A stretch of DNA of 64,000 nt from Cyanobacteriota bacterium (GCA_046045965.1 JBJOKS010000018.1:32001-96000); one strand, 5' to 3'. Positions 55,401 through 63,924 are shown, counted from the stretch's first letter. Notes: generated from the sequence alone by a model not told the origin. Numbers and translations are program-made.

Positions 55401-56015
55401 CTTTTTCAGCCCTTCATCCAAATAGATAGTGCCTTAAACCGCCAATATACTGGCACTGGTTTGGGGCTGGCTCTTGTGAAGCGGCTTGTAGAAATACATA
55501 ATGGTAAGGTGGGGGTAAGGAGTCAACTCGGTGTAGGTAGTTGTTTTACCGTTGATTTACCCTTTGGCAATTTTGAGGGGGCCACCCCTGAGTCTGTAAA
55601 CCACGCACCATCTGATTTAGACTGCATTTTCCAGGAAACAGCACAGGAATCTCCCCTAATTTTACTAGCTGAAGATAATGAAGCTAATATTTTTACTATC
55701 TCTAACTATTTAGAGGCCACAGGATACCGCCTCATCTTGGCGAAAAACGGTAAAGAAGCAGTTAATATGAGCCAATCTCAAATTCCCGACTTAATTTTAA
55801 TGGACGTGCAAATGCCAGAAGTAGACGGTTTAGAGGCAATTAAGCAGATTCGATTAAACCCAAAATTGGCAAATACTCCCATTATTGCCCTAACAGCTTT
55901 AGCTATGCCAGATGATCAGGAAAAATGTTTGGCAGTTGGAGCTAACGAATATCTGACAAAACCTGTTAGACTCAAGCAATTGGTAACTATGATCAAACAG
56001 TTTTTACGCCGTTGA
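49449..56015 (+). CDS. Large hybrid sensor kinase: REC-GAF (cyanobacteriochrome-like)-multiple PAS-HisKA-HATPase-REC
   Basis: DRVVVYQF, DNCF, CY, LWGLLIAHQC; many PAS/PAC; MSHELRTPL; GTGLGL; final receiver. Confidence 0.92.
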   Translation: MAISHYSIMILEDSPEDRVLYSRYLSQDKIASYDLIEVETGLEALTKLAESKPDLILLGYQLPDMDGLEFLNKLQLQFGSLEIPVIMLSGQGNESIAVQAMKNGCQDYIVKSKITRTGICRAVHTVLDKTHLMQKIRLQEQQQQLLASISLRIRQFLRLEEILQTAVEEVQEFLKTDRVVVYQFDPDMNGKIVAESVVSPWKTLIKTPITDNCFQDNQKIAYRDGKILAISDIDHAGLTTCYIDFLEKFQVKASLIVPILLNAQATEPEFNTHQLWGLLIAHQCSRTRHWETNELDLLQQLSVQIAVAIQQAKIYENMQNLNAILEQKVEERTQELQASERRFRAIFDQTFQFTGLLTTAGILLEANQTALNFGGVQLENVINRPFWETYWWTISPETQDKLRQAIAIAAQGEFIRYEVDVLGAGGEIATIDFSLCPLKDESGQVVMLITEGRNITEQKCLERERQEALKALQASEAELRGLFNAMSDVILVADREGRYLKIAPTGADKLYRPAEELLGKTAHEVLPSHLADQFVSVIEQTLATQQPSECEYSFQIGKKEIWFNAKVSPISPETVIWAARDITAAKRNEIIQRNAEKALQENQILLQLIMDSLPMAIFWKDRNSRFLGCNRQLVLDAGLSSAAEIIGKTDFDMVWRKQAPIYQQGDRIVIESGEAKFNIEEPFTRSGNIHRWLRTNKIPLHNPEGEIFGVLVCYEDITERKEIEQALQASEQRYATLVTSAPVGIYRADAVGNYLYVNHHWCEKTGLTPEAAAGCGWKQALHPEDRDIVAYEWDRLVQTGETLSLEYRFVRPDGVATWVFGQAVPEKDPEGTVTGYVGTITDISRRKKAEEALCRSQQLYSTLVENFPNGVVVLFDHDLRYLLVGGLELSRAGLNKAEMEGKTIWEIFSPEVCQIIAPLFRQALAGETVISEVPYEDFIYLCHHIPVRDEQGHVIAGILMTQNITEDKKIENALRDSEEKFRQFAENSRQVMLIRQIDSGELLYINPVYEEIWGQTRESLYENPNSWMNFLHPDDRQSINVSYQAADGKGLFSEEYRIVRSDGTMRWIWGRCFPIINAAGEIYRIGAIAEDITERKQTEQERDRLLQILETQNQTLEAQVEQRTAELQQSKERFRNLVETSSDWVWEVNELGIYTYSSPQIINVLGYSPAEILGKTPFDLMPPAEAERVLKEFMKFISIQAPFQCLENTNCHKDGQLIILETSAVPIFDENKQFRGYRGMDRDITLRKLSEATLQQNQSRFQRIAANVPGVMYQYVLHPDGSHEFIYISDRCLELYELEAATILENAENVFKLTHPEDFPSLQESIILSASSLQQWSWEGRVITPSGQMKWIQAISQPQQQANGDILWEGLILDISQRKQIEITLHNLSDRLDLAIKSAQIGIWDWDIINDHLVWDDRMYALYGVKASDFPGAYQAWEAGLHPDDLLSGRTAIQQTLAGEKDFELEFRVVWPDGTIKYIKAYALVQRDDQGKAQRMIGINFDISERARLEAERQQSKAKLEAAEVQLRNLSDRLKLAVTSAKIGIWDLDLVNDSLLWDERMYQLFGVSPVSFDPSQGAWEKFEQLLHPDDRVTVRQTVQQVIAEDQELDTEFRIILPNGTIRILKAYGLVQRNYQGKPQRMIGINYDISDRKLAEAEIIRSRDLREAIFNESADALFLVDRETVRTIDCNQRAVQMFAATKKTDLIGIEGHDLQKEQFTPAEMQAIMDEMSIQGFWSREIEYKTFTGKSFWGNLAAKQITVADQKMNLVRVTDISKRKLAETELQETNKKLAASNEELARATRLKDEFLANMSHELRTPLNAILGLSEGLQDEVFGLINDKQRQGLQTIERSGKHLLELINDILDVSKIEAGQMELHYTPTAISPLCQSSLAFIKQQALQKRIQLQVKIQPNLPELLLDERRIRQVLINLLNNAVKFTPEGGRITLEVSRQRTSPNAEITSWQDFIRIAVMDTGIGIAPENLNKLFQPFIQIDSALNRQYTGTGLGLALVKRLVEIHNGKVGVRSQLGVGSCFTVDLPFGNFEGATPESVNHAPSDLDCIFQETAQESPLILLAEDNEANIFTISNYLEATGYRLILAKNGKEAVNMSQSQIPDLILMDVQMPEVDGLEAIKQIRLNPKLANTPIIALTALAMPDDQEKCLAVGANEYLTKPVRLKQLVTMIKQFLRR

Positions 56016-56139
56016 CAAGATGAATAGCCACCCTGATAAGAAAACAGGCTGAATCACAATTGACGAGTTCAATAGTATTCTGAAAGAATCAATAACAGTT
56101 TGACTAAAATTTTGCCAAAAGATTTAGAAAGAGGTATCT

Positions 56140-56346
56140 ATGACTATTTGGGTAAATGAGCAAATTGATCCATCGGGAATGATTCATGCTTGCATTGCTT
56201 GTTGTAATGAGAGTCAAGCTCAGGATTGTCATGAGTCCTTCCAACAAAAATTGACTGAACAGCAAAAGGCCACCGGCTGGGTTGCACAGTTACGTACAGT
56301 AGATTCTTGGGATGAAGTTCCAGTCAATGCTTTAAAACTCAATTGA
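56140..56346 (+). CDS. Small conserved cyanobacterial protein (68 aa)
   Basis: GAGG RBS; WVNEQIDPSG..ACIAC motif. Confidence 0.7.
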   Translation: MTIWVNEQIDPSGMIHACIACCNESQAQDCHESFQQKLTEQQKATGWVAQLRTVDSWDEVPVNALKLN

Positions 56347-56457
56347 TTTAGAGTTGGTTGAGAAAACCTCGAATCTGTTGACTCCTTAATTCTGACTCCT
56401 CCTGACTCCTAACTGCTAATTTCTGAATTCTGACATCAAATCTTGATGATTTTTTAT

Positions 56458-56959
56458 AAGAAAAAAGGCTGAAAACCCTGGAGGTTAAGTTTTTCCGCCA
56501 AGCTCAAAAACTTAACCGTCCTTTAGGCAAGGGATGAAAGCCTAAATTTTGGCGTTTACGCCTCGGTGATTTGTGATATGATCGTCCCAACAGGAAGGGT
56601 AATCAACCTGTATAAAAACCTAACTGCCTAACGGTAATCTGTACCTTGACAATTAAATCTATCCGGTTCTACTGCATTATTCTAGTTTCTTCCTAGCAGT
56701 AGGTAAAAGATTTATAGGAGCTAGACGAATCAGAATTTTGAAACTTTACTTGTTTCATACTCAACAGGACTTGCAGTCATGCAACTACGGTCGGGCAGAC
56801 CGAAAGTTAACGCTTGGAAGCCAGTGCGTTGGGCGGGTTTCCCGACTTGAAGCAACTGGTGTGGAGAGTCCCACCTCTGAGTTAGATAACGCAAGGAGTC
56901 TAGTTTAAGTGGTCTCATTGAACCAAGAATCCCCGTGTCTTTAGACCGGAGAGTGTCAA
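56458..56959 (+). mobile_element. Non-autonomous IS200/IS605 derivative (no tnpA/tnpB) with both ends
   Basis: TTAT then left end with AAAA guide and hairpin; right end GAAT-CCCCG..hairpin..GTGTCAA; tnpB 3'-end/omegaRNA-like sequence. Confidence 0.75.
56784..56959 (+). ncRNA. Putative TnpB omegaRNA (reRNA) scaffold
   Basis: ACTACGGTCGGGCAGACCGAAAGT..AACGCTTGG..GGAGAG..ACCTCT..TGAACCAAGAATCCCC..TCAA pattern typical of tnpB 3' ends. Confidence 0.55.
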
Positions 56960-57003
56960 CATAAGCAAGGAATAAAAAACAAACTTGCAAAAACCGATTA
57001 AAT

Positions 57004-57564
57004 GTGGTGAACTCTTCCAGTGTTTGTGCTTCCCAGCCAGGCTATCCCATTAATTTTGTTGGCAAAACGGGACAAGCTGTGCAAATTTCTATTCATAATC
57101 CCAGTCAATATATCTGTGCCAACTGCGAACAGATTTTACCAGATTGGAAACAGCAACAGTTTTTGTGGGTGGTGGTTGTTTTACAACAGTCGAGATATCC
57201 ACTGGTGGAAATGACTGCGGAAATAGAGGGAGAAAAAGAAAGGTTACGGGAAAAGTTTATGCGGTTTGGTTGTGATGTGGCGTTTAATTTGCGCGATCGC
57301 GGTTATATCACAGACTTAATTGATCCCCGTACTGGCTATCCTTTACTTTCCCATCCAGGACCAGTTCCCCATGATGATACAGCCGTTGCTAAGGCTTTAC
57401 TAGATTATCCAGTAATTAAAAATAAATGCTGTGTACTCGTGCATCCTGAGTGGGGTACTGCTGTTTATCCTAGCGTGTTGCTTTCGGCAGCACCTCCAGA
57501 AATAATTGAATCAGTAACGAAAGCGATCGCTCCTCTGCATGGTTGGATGGAAATTGGTGTTTAA
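57004..57564 (+). CDS. MMADHC/CblD-like protein
   Basis: EKERLREKF, TDLIDPRTGYP, CCVLVHPEWGTAVYP. Confidence 0.8.
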   Translation: MVNSSSVCASQPGYPINFVGKTGQAVQISIHNPSQYICANCEQILPDWKQQQFLWVVVVLQQSRYPLVEMTAEIEGEKERLREKFMRFGCDVAFNLRDRGYITDLIDPRTGYPLLSHPGPVPHDDTAVAKALLDYPVIKNKCCVLVHPEWGTAVYPSVLLSAAPPEIIESVTKAIAPLHGWMEIGV

Positions 57565-57623
57565 TTTTGTTGAGGCTGGGTGTGCAACAATGTCTATTCT
57601 CATCGTCAAAATATGCCGAAATA

Positions 57624-58688
57624 TTAAGTATTTCTCGGACTCCGCAGCTGCTGAGAATTAATTGGACTCAGAATTTGATTTAAACTCCGCAATTGTTCAG
57701 CCGTACCCATACAAATTAGCGTATCTCCTGACATTAAAATAGTATCTCCAGTTGGTCCACCAATGAGATTACCATCACTGCGACGAATAGCTAAAACTAA
57801 TGCACCGGTTTGCGATCGCAATTTCGCTTTTTGTAAACTTTGACCCACAAAAGGACACAAAGCAGGTTCTAGTAAAAATTCTTCCATATATAACTGACGA
57901 TCTGTACCAGAAAGCATCCCATCAACAAAGTCTAAAACCTGGGGTCTGAGTGCAGCAGCAGCCATACGTTTACCACCAGTGATATAAGGGGAAATAACGG
58001 CATCTGCACCGCCTCGTTGTAACTTTTGTACAGCTTCTTCCGTACTTGCCCTGGCGATCGCCCGAATTTTGGGATTGAGAGTTTTTGCTGATAACACAGT
58101 ATATAAATTTTCCGCATCAGAAGGCAAAGCCGCTACAATACAAAGAGCGCGCTCAACGCCAACCTTCAACAAAGTTTCATCTAAAGTCGCATCACCCTGA
58201 TAAGCCGTATAACCTTGTGATTCAGCTTTCTGCACAGATTCAAACTCAGCATCAATCACTACAAAAGATACAGCCTCAGCCCGAAACTCCTGAGCAATTT
58301 GTCGCCCAGTCCGACTAAAACCACAGATGATATAATGTCCTGATAATGATTCCATTAAACGCCTTTGTTGTCTAAGTCGAATCCCTTCTTGAAAATAGCC
58401 TTCAATAATAGCTTCTGTAAATCTATTGACAATGTAACCAATATTGATCACACCCATCAAAATCAAAGCAATAGTAAACAACCTTCCCCGACTACCTAGC
58501 GGGTTAGTTTCTCCATATCCGACAGTAGCTAAAGTGATCACAGTCATATAAGCCGCATCTTCCCATGACCAGCCCTCTACCAAACAATACCAAAAAGTGC
58601 CAATTAGAAACACCAAAACCAAGGCTAAAGCCCCGGCCATTAACTCTTGTTGAATCCGCTTAAATTTCTCTTCCAGGGTAGAATACAC
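57624..58688 (-). CDS. Potassium channel with TrkA-N/TrkA-C (RCK) domains
   Basis: TLATVGYG filter, HYIICGFSRTG, GDAT; GTG start at 58688 preferred. Confidence 0.92.
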   Translation of the reverse strand: MYSTLEEKFKRIQQELMAGALALVLVFLIGTFWYCLVEGWSWEDAAYMTVITLATVGYGETNPLGSRGRLFTIALILMGVINIGYIVNRFTEAIIEGYFQEGIRLRQQRRLMESLSGHYIICGFSRTGRQIAQEFRAEAVSFVVIDAEFESVQKAESQGYTAYQGDATLDETLLKVGVERALCIVAALPSDAENLYTVLSAKTLNPKIRAIARASTEEAVQKLQRGGADAVISPYITGGKRMAAAALRPQVLDFVDGMLSGTDRQLYMEEFLLEPALCPFVGQSLQKAKLRSQTGALVLAIRRSDGNLIGGPTGDTILMSGDTLICMGTAEQLRSLNQILSPINSQQLRSPRNT

Positions 58689-58846
58689 AGGCAATTAAAA
58701 ATTAAAAATTAAAAATTAAAAATTAAAAATTGAAAATTGAAACAACGTAAGGACTAAGAACACAGAATTGAGTAGCAATCAGGCTTTTCAAGACTAACTT
58801 GATAATTTCCTGAAAAACTTGCTCCTCTATATTGCTGATGTCAGCC

Positions 58847-58982
58847 CAATACTGTTCGGTTAAGAGTTTTCGTAGGTTGGGTTGAACAAAGTGAAACCCA
58901 ACAAACCCTTGTAAATGTTGGGTTTCCTATCGTCAACCCAACCTACATCATTATATTTTTTGGGCTTAACCGAAAAGTATTG
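58847..58982. mobile_element. 136-bp MITE (Nezha-like): 18-bp TIRs, 10-bp target duplication
   Basis: TIR CAATACTGTTCGGTTAAG / CTTAACCGAAAAGTATTG; GATGTCAGCC at 58837-58846 and 58983-58992. Confidence 0.9.
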
Positions 58983-59126
58983 GATGTCAGCCAATATTCT
59001 GACTCCTGACTCCTGACTCCTGAATTCTTACACAAAAACCTGCTACTTCATACTAGAGGAAATTTTGAAATATTGATGAAAAACTGGTAAATAGAGTATA
59101 GGATAAAAATTTCAGGAGGTGCGGTA

Positions 59127-60395
59127 GTGAGTAGCCAAAGTTTAGTTGAACAGCCGATAATCCCCTCAGACATCAATTCCTTTAATGCAGATAGTTTTAA
59201 TCAAGCCGTGATGTCCACCTACGGACGGTTTCCCATTGCTTTAGAACGGGGTGCAGGTTGTCGCGTTTGGGATACCCAAGGTAAGGAATATCTGGATTTT
59301 GTGGCGGGAATAGCCACTTGTACTTTAGGACACGCCCACCCAGTCATGGTAGAAGCGGTAACACGCCAAATCCAAAAACTGCATCATGTCTCTAATTTGT
59401 ACTATATTCCCGAACAAGGTGAATTAGCTAAATGGATTGTGGATCATTCCTGTGCAGATCGGGTGTTTTTCTGCAATTCTGGTGCTGAAGCCAATGAAGC
59501 TGCAATTAAACTAGCGCGAAAATATGCCCATACTGTCTTAGAGATTGCCCACCCGATCATTTTAACCGCTAATGCCAGTTTTCACGGACGGACTTTAGCA
59601 ACTGTCACCGCTACCGGACAACCCAAGTATCAAAAGCACTTTGATCCTTTAGTTCCTGGTTTTCACTATGTCAACTATAACGATATTAGAGCCGTTGAAG
59701 CTGCGGTAACTGAATTAGATGAAGGTAATTATCGCGTCGGTGCGATTTTAATTGAACCCTTGCAAGGAGAAGGCGGGGTACGTCCTGGGGATGTGAAGTA
59801 TTTCCAAAGGTTGCGGCAAATTTGCGATGAAATCGGCATTTTATTGATTTTCGATGAAGTGCAAGTAGGAATGGGACGCAGTGGTAAATTATGGGCTTAT
59901 GAACATCTGGGTGTAGAACCGGATATTTTCACCAGTGCGAAAGGACTTGGTGGCGGTATTCCCATCGGTGCAATGATGAGTAAGAAATTCTGCGATATTT
60001 TTGAACCAGGAGAACACGCTAGTACATTTGGTGGAAATCCTTTTGTTTGTGGTGTGGCTTTAAGTGTTTGCCAAACTTTGGAAAAAGAGAACATTTTAGA
60101 GAATGTCCAAGAACAAGGCGCACATTTACGAGAAGGCTTAAAAATGATTGCTCGCAAATATCCTCAGCATATTTCAGAAGTGCGGGGTTGGGGTTTAATC
60201 AACGGTATGGAAATAAAAGCAGATTCTTCTTTAACTGCGGTTGATGTTGTTAAAGCTGCTATGGATGAAGGTTTATTATTAGTACCAGCAGGTCCCAAAG
60301 TCGTCCGGTTTGTGCCTCCTTTAATTGTCACAGATACAGACATAAATCAAGCCTTGCACATTGTAGAAAAGGCATTGGCTAAAGTTACAGCATAA
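59127..60395 (+). CDS. argD: Acetylornithine aminotransferase
   Basis: YLDFVAGIA, NSGAEANE, FHGRT, DEVQ.G.GR, AKGLGGG, HASTFGGNP. Confidence 0.95.
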   Translation: MSSQSLVEQPIIPSDINSFNADSFNQAVMSTYGRFPIALERGAGCRVWDTQGKEYLDFVAGIATCTLGHAHPVMVEAVTRQIQKLHHVSNLYYIPEQGELAKWIVDHSCADRVFFCNSGAEANEAAIKLARKYAHTVLEIAHPIILTANASFHGRTLATVTATGQPKYQKHFDPLVPGFHYVNYNDIRAVEAAVTELDEGNYRVGAILIEPLQGEGGVRPGDVKYFQRLRQICDEIGILLIFDEVQVGMGRSGKLWAYEHLGVEPDIFTSAKGLGGGIPIGAMMSKKFCDIFEPGEHASTFGGNPFVCGVALSVCQTLEKENILENVQEQGAHLREGLKMIARKYPQHISEVRGWGLINGMEIKADSSLTAVDVVKAAMDEGLLLVPAGPKVVRFVPPLIVTDTDINQALHIVEKALAKVTA

Positions 60396-60519
60396 TTCAG
60401 AATAATTCGTAATTCGTAATTCGTGATTTAAGAATTATCAATTACGAATTTTTTTTGATTCCCATTGGAAATAAAATGCTATAAAATAGATTATATCTTG
60501 CCATATTATCTAAAAAATT

Positions 60520-60837
60520 ATGACAGAAACAAAATCTACTCATACAGTCCGCACAGGAAGGATATTCCCAGAAATTCAATGGACTCAAGAACAGAAAAAT
60601 CAATGGAAATCTGAACGCGAAATATTGTATAAACGCTGCAAAATAATTTTTGAAAAGTTACAAACTGAATTAATGAAAACTCACTATAACTGGTACATAG
60701 CAATTGAGCCTAATAGTGGTGAATATTTTATTAATCAGGATGCTGTAGTAGCGGCACAGAAGGCACACGAAAAATACCCAAATATCAAACTACACGTTTT
60801 CAGAATTAATGAAACTGGAGTGTGTGGCAGGATATGA
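60520..60837 (+). CDS. Hypothetical protein (DUF5678-like)
   Basis: HYNWYIAIEPNSGEYF..A..KYP; stop overlaps next start (ATGA). Confidence 0.7.
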   Translation: MTETKSTHTVRTGRIFPEIQWTQEQKNQWKSEREILYKRCKIIFEKLQTELMKTHYNWYIAIEPNSGEYFINQDAVVAAQKAHEKYPNIKLHVFRINETGVCGRI

Positions 60838-61196
60838 TTTCGGGTAAATTTGGTGATGAGGATGAATTATTTTTTGAGATAGATTTGATAGCTGCTAACG
60901 GATTAGAACTACCAGTAGAAGCTCTTTTTGATACAGGATTTTCTTGGTGGCTGGCAATTAACAACCAGGACATAGAAGCACTTGGTTGGATATATTTAGA
61001 ACAACAAACAATGGTAACAGCCCAGGGTGATGCAGAATTTGAAATCTATTTAGGAAAAGTGCGAATTGACGGACAATATTTTGATATTCCTGTCCATGTA
61101 GGACAAGGATTACCTGAAATTTTACTCGGTCGTCAGTGGTTGAAAAATAGACGGTTAATGGTAGATATATCGTTGGGTTTATTAACACTGGGATAA
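60834..61196 (+). CDS. Clan AA (retropepsin-like) aspartic protease
   Basis: ALFDTGF catalytic motif, ILLGRQWL. Confidence 0.85.
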   Translation: MISGKFGDEDELFFEIDLIAANGLELPVEALFDTGFSWWLAINNQDIEALGWIYLEQQTMVTAQGDAEFEIYLGKVRIDGQYFDIPVHVGQGLPEILLGRQWLKNRRLMVDISLGLLTLG

Positions 61197-61275
61197 TACA
61201 TACTACAAATAAAATAAAAGAGAGACTTTTCAAATACACTAATATTATTCATGATCACATCTGAGATTAATTATC

Positions 61276-62331
61276 ATGAAATGCAATAAAATATTTAGAT
61301 TAAGTTCCCTCAGAACTTCCATTCATTTAGACGGATGCAATGTTACCCATTATCAACAACTGCATCAATTCTCTTCTGAAGCAGAAGCAGAAGCTTTTTT
61401 CAATCAAAGTATTCAAGAATTACTCACACACGGTTGGTATGATATCGAATCTAGCCCAGTAGACGAAAATAACAAAGACTTTACTCCAGATGAATTGTAT
61501 GGAATGTTCTTAGAATTAAAAAATCAAGTAGATGAATTTGCAAATACAATTATCAAACCTTCTATAGAAATTACGCCATTTTCAACAACAGAAACTACCT
61601 TATGGCAAAGTAAATTTGGTGGTTTACCTTACTTTCCTAAACATCTGGATTATCCTACAGCCCCAGATGGTACTCCCCTTCATCTTTTAGCACAAATCAA
61701 CTTTTCAGAAACTCCTAAATTAGAAGATTTACCAGAAAAAGGTATACTTCAATTTTACATTGAAGCCGCAGGTCAGACAGCCTATGGAATTGAAGAATAT
61801 CCCCAATTAGCACAAACAACTTTTCGAGTTATTTACTTTCCTGAACCAGATTTAAATATTGATAATCTCCTAGATAATTTCGATTTTTTACCTCCAGGAA
61901 TAGGTTTACCATTAGAAGACTGTTTAGGCTTGAATTTCGCTGTTAAATCAACTCCTATGAGTGCATCAGATTATCGGTTTAGAACCTTAGTTAAAAGCTA
62001 TTTTCCCATCTTTCAACAAAGTAATCTAACTAAAGCACAGGAAAATTCTTTAGAAGAACTGGTAGATGATTTGATCAATGAGTATGAAGAAAAATATGAG
62101 GAATTACTAGGAGGACATCGTTTAGGAGGATATCCCGCATTTGTGCAGAATGATGATCGTGAAAATGTAGAGGAAGAGGAAGGTTACGATTTTCTGTTAT
62201 TGCAAATGGACTCTGATGATGAGCATTCAATTATGTGGGGAGATGCAGGAATTGGTAACTTTTTTATTCAGCCCTCTGCACTTAAACGGTTGGATTTTTC
62301 TAAGGTTTTGTATACTTATGCTTGTTGTTGA
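61276..62331 (+). CDS. YwqG/DUF1963 family protein with short N-terminal extension
   Basis: SKFGGLPY, LLAQINFSE, GILQFYI, HRLGGYP..Q, MWGDAG..NFFI. Confidence 0.85.
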   Translation: MKCNKIFRLSSLRTSIHLDGCNVTHYQQLHQFSSEAEAEAFFNQSIQELLTHGWYDIESSPVDENNKDFTPDELYGMFLELKNQVDEFANTIIKPSIEITPFSTTETTLWQSKFGGLPYFPKHLDYPTAPDGTPLHLLAQINFSETPKLEDLPEKGILQFYIEAAGQTAYGIEEYPQLAQTTFRVIYFPEPDLNIDNLLDNFDFLPPGIGLPLEDCLGLNFAVKSTPMSASDYRFRTLVKSYFPIFQQSNLTKAQENSLEELVDDLINEYEEKYEELLGGHRLGGYPAFVQNDDRENVEEEEGYDFLLLQMDSDDEHSIMWGDAGIGNFFIQPSALKRLDFSKVLYTYACC

Positions 62332-62354
62332 GAAAAGAGGAGAACAATTTATTT

Positions 62355-63338
62355 ATGTTTGAGAAGAATACAGACTCTTTCAAGAATTTTTTAATAATTC
62401 TAGGGATTATTTTTTCTATCTTCTTTTTTAGTGTTATCTTGATATTTTCTTTTTCGGATTTTGCGTTTTTAAATCCTAAAGGTTTAGAAATAGAGAAGAG
62501 ATTACAGTATGGTATTTCAGCCGTAACAACTACAGGAACAATTTTTGCGGGAATAGCAGTTTTTTTTAATGCTTACCAAGCATCGAGAAGTGCTAACGCT
62601 GCTAATGAAAATGCCAAAGCTGTATACAAAAATGCACAAGCAGCAGAAGATAAACAAATTACAGAACGTTTTTCTAAAGCGATTGAATTGCTTGGTAATA
62701 AAGAGATTGAAATAAAATTAGGCGGAATTTATGCCCTAGAACAAATTGCTAAAGATTCCCCGGAAAAATATCATTGGACAGTTATGGAAGTCCTCACAGC
62801 TTTTGTGCGAGAAAATGCACCTTTGAACGAGGAAAAAGATGAAGAGGAAGAAGTAACGGGAATAATGCCAAAAGTTCGGACAGATATTCAAGCTGCCCTA
62901 ACCGTTATAGGACGGATTAATTGCGAGAATGAAAAGGAAAATAAGAGTTTAGATTTGAGTTGTATTAATATCCGACGGGCAAACCTTTATGAAGCAAACT
63001 TAGAAAGAGTTAATTTTATATACAGCAAGCTGGATTTAGTATCACTCTCTAAGGCTAAATTGCGATATGTATGTCTCTATGGATCTAGCCTTAAACTTGT
63101 AAATTTTGAGGCTGCCTATCTACAAGAAGCAAACCTTTCTAGAGCAAACCTTTTTAGAGCAAACCTTTCTAGAGCAAACCTTTCTAGAGCAAATCTTTAT
63201 GGAGCAAACTTTTCTGGAGCAGATCTTTCTGGAGTTAAAAATCTAGAACAAGAACAGATTGAAGTTGCAAATGGTGATGAAAAGACTATTTTACCTGATT
63301 ATCTTGCTAGACCAAAAAGTTGGACAAAATCTGAGTAA
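62355..63338 (+). CDS. Membrane-anchored pentapeptide repeat protein
   Basis: Two TM segments, ITERFSKAIE.LG, GGIYALEQIA, ANLSR repeats. Confidence 0.85.
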   Translation: MFEKNTDSFKNFLIILGIIFSIFFFSVILIFSFSDFAFLNPKGLEIEKRLQYGISAVTTTGTIFAGIAVFFNAYQASRSANAANENAKAVYKNAQAAEDKQITERFSKAIELLGNKEIEIKLGGIYALEQIAKDSPEKYHWTVMEVLTAFVRENAPLNEEKDEEEEVTGIMPKVRTDIQAALTVIGRINCENEKENKSLDLSCINIRRANLYEANLERVNFIYSKLDLVSLSKAKLRYVCLYGSSLKLVNFEAAYLQEANLSRANLFRANLSRANLSRANLYGANFSGADLSGVKNLEQEQIEVANGDEKTILPDYLARPKSWTKSE

Positions 63339-63606
63339 TTAGGTATTTGTGATTACTATTTAATTTTCGCAAAACAAATAATTCAACAGCAATTCAAATT
63401 GGAGTTTTATTTATATAGTGGAATCTAAACAATAGTGGAATCTAAACAACACTCTATGTTTCTCTCTTCCTTTGCGCCTTTGCGTCTTTGCGTGAGATAA
63501 AAAGATGTAGTTCATTTACCTAAAAATCCCTGTAAGCAGCATTTATTCAACCATCACTAACAATAAAAATAACCGTACCATCTACCAAATAACACATGAA
63601 TAACAC

Positions 63607-63924
63607 ATGACCTGGGTTATGATGTTACCAAAGGCATTAGAAGCGGAATTTTGGCAAGATTTTAAACAATTTGAACAGGAGCAGACTATGGCTTATATTA
63701 CTACAGGTGAGCGCATTGGCTACGAACGAGGAATAACAGAAGGTAAACAAGAAGGTGAGCAAAATATTGTGGTACGACAACTACAAAAACGGGTAGGAGA
63801 GTTACCCAAAGAAACTAAAACAAAAATTCAAACCCTTTCTCTAAATCAGTTGGAAGAACTTGGCGAAGCATTGCTAGATTTTACCGCTATTGAGGATTTA
63901 TTGAACTGGTTGGAAACGCATTAA
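63607..63924 (+). pseudogene. C-terminal fragment of Rpn-like/DUF4351 protein
   Basis: MAYITTGERIG, QLEELGEALLDF...DL.NWL; N-terminal domain absent. Confidence 0.6.

Noticed and set aside
56583..56780. Group I intron (IStron) or cobalamin riboswitch in the IS remnant
   Set aside because: Could not find P7 or B12-box consensus by eye; an Rfam scan would decide
56730..56990. 86-aa minus-strand ORF
   Set aside because: Antisense reading of the IS right end and inserted repeat
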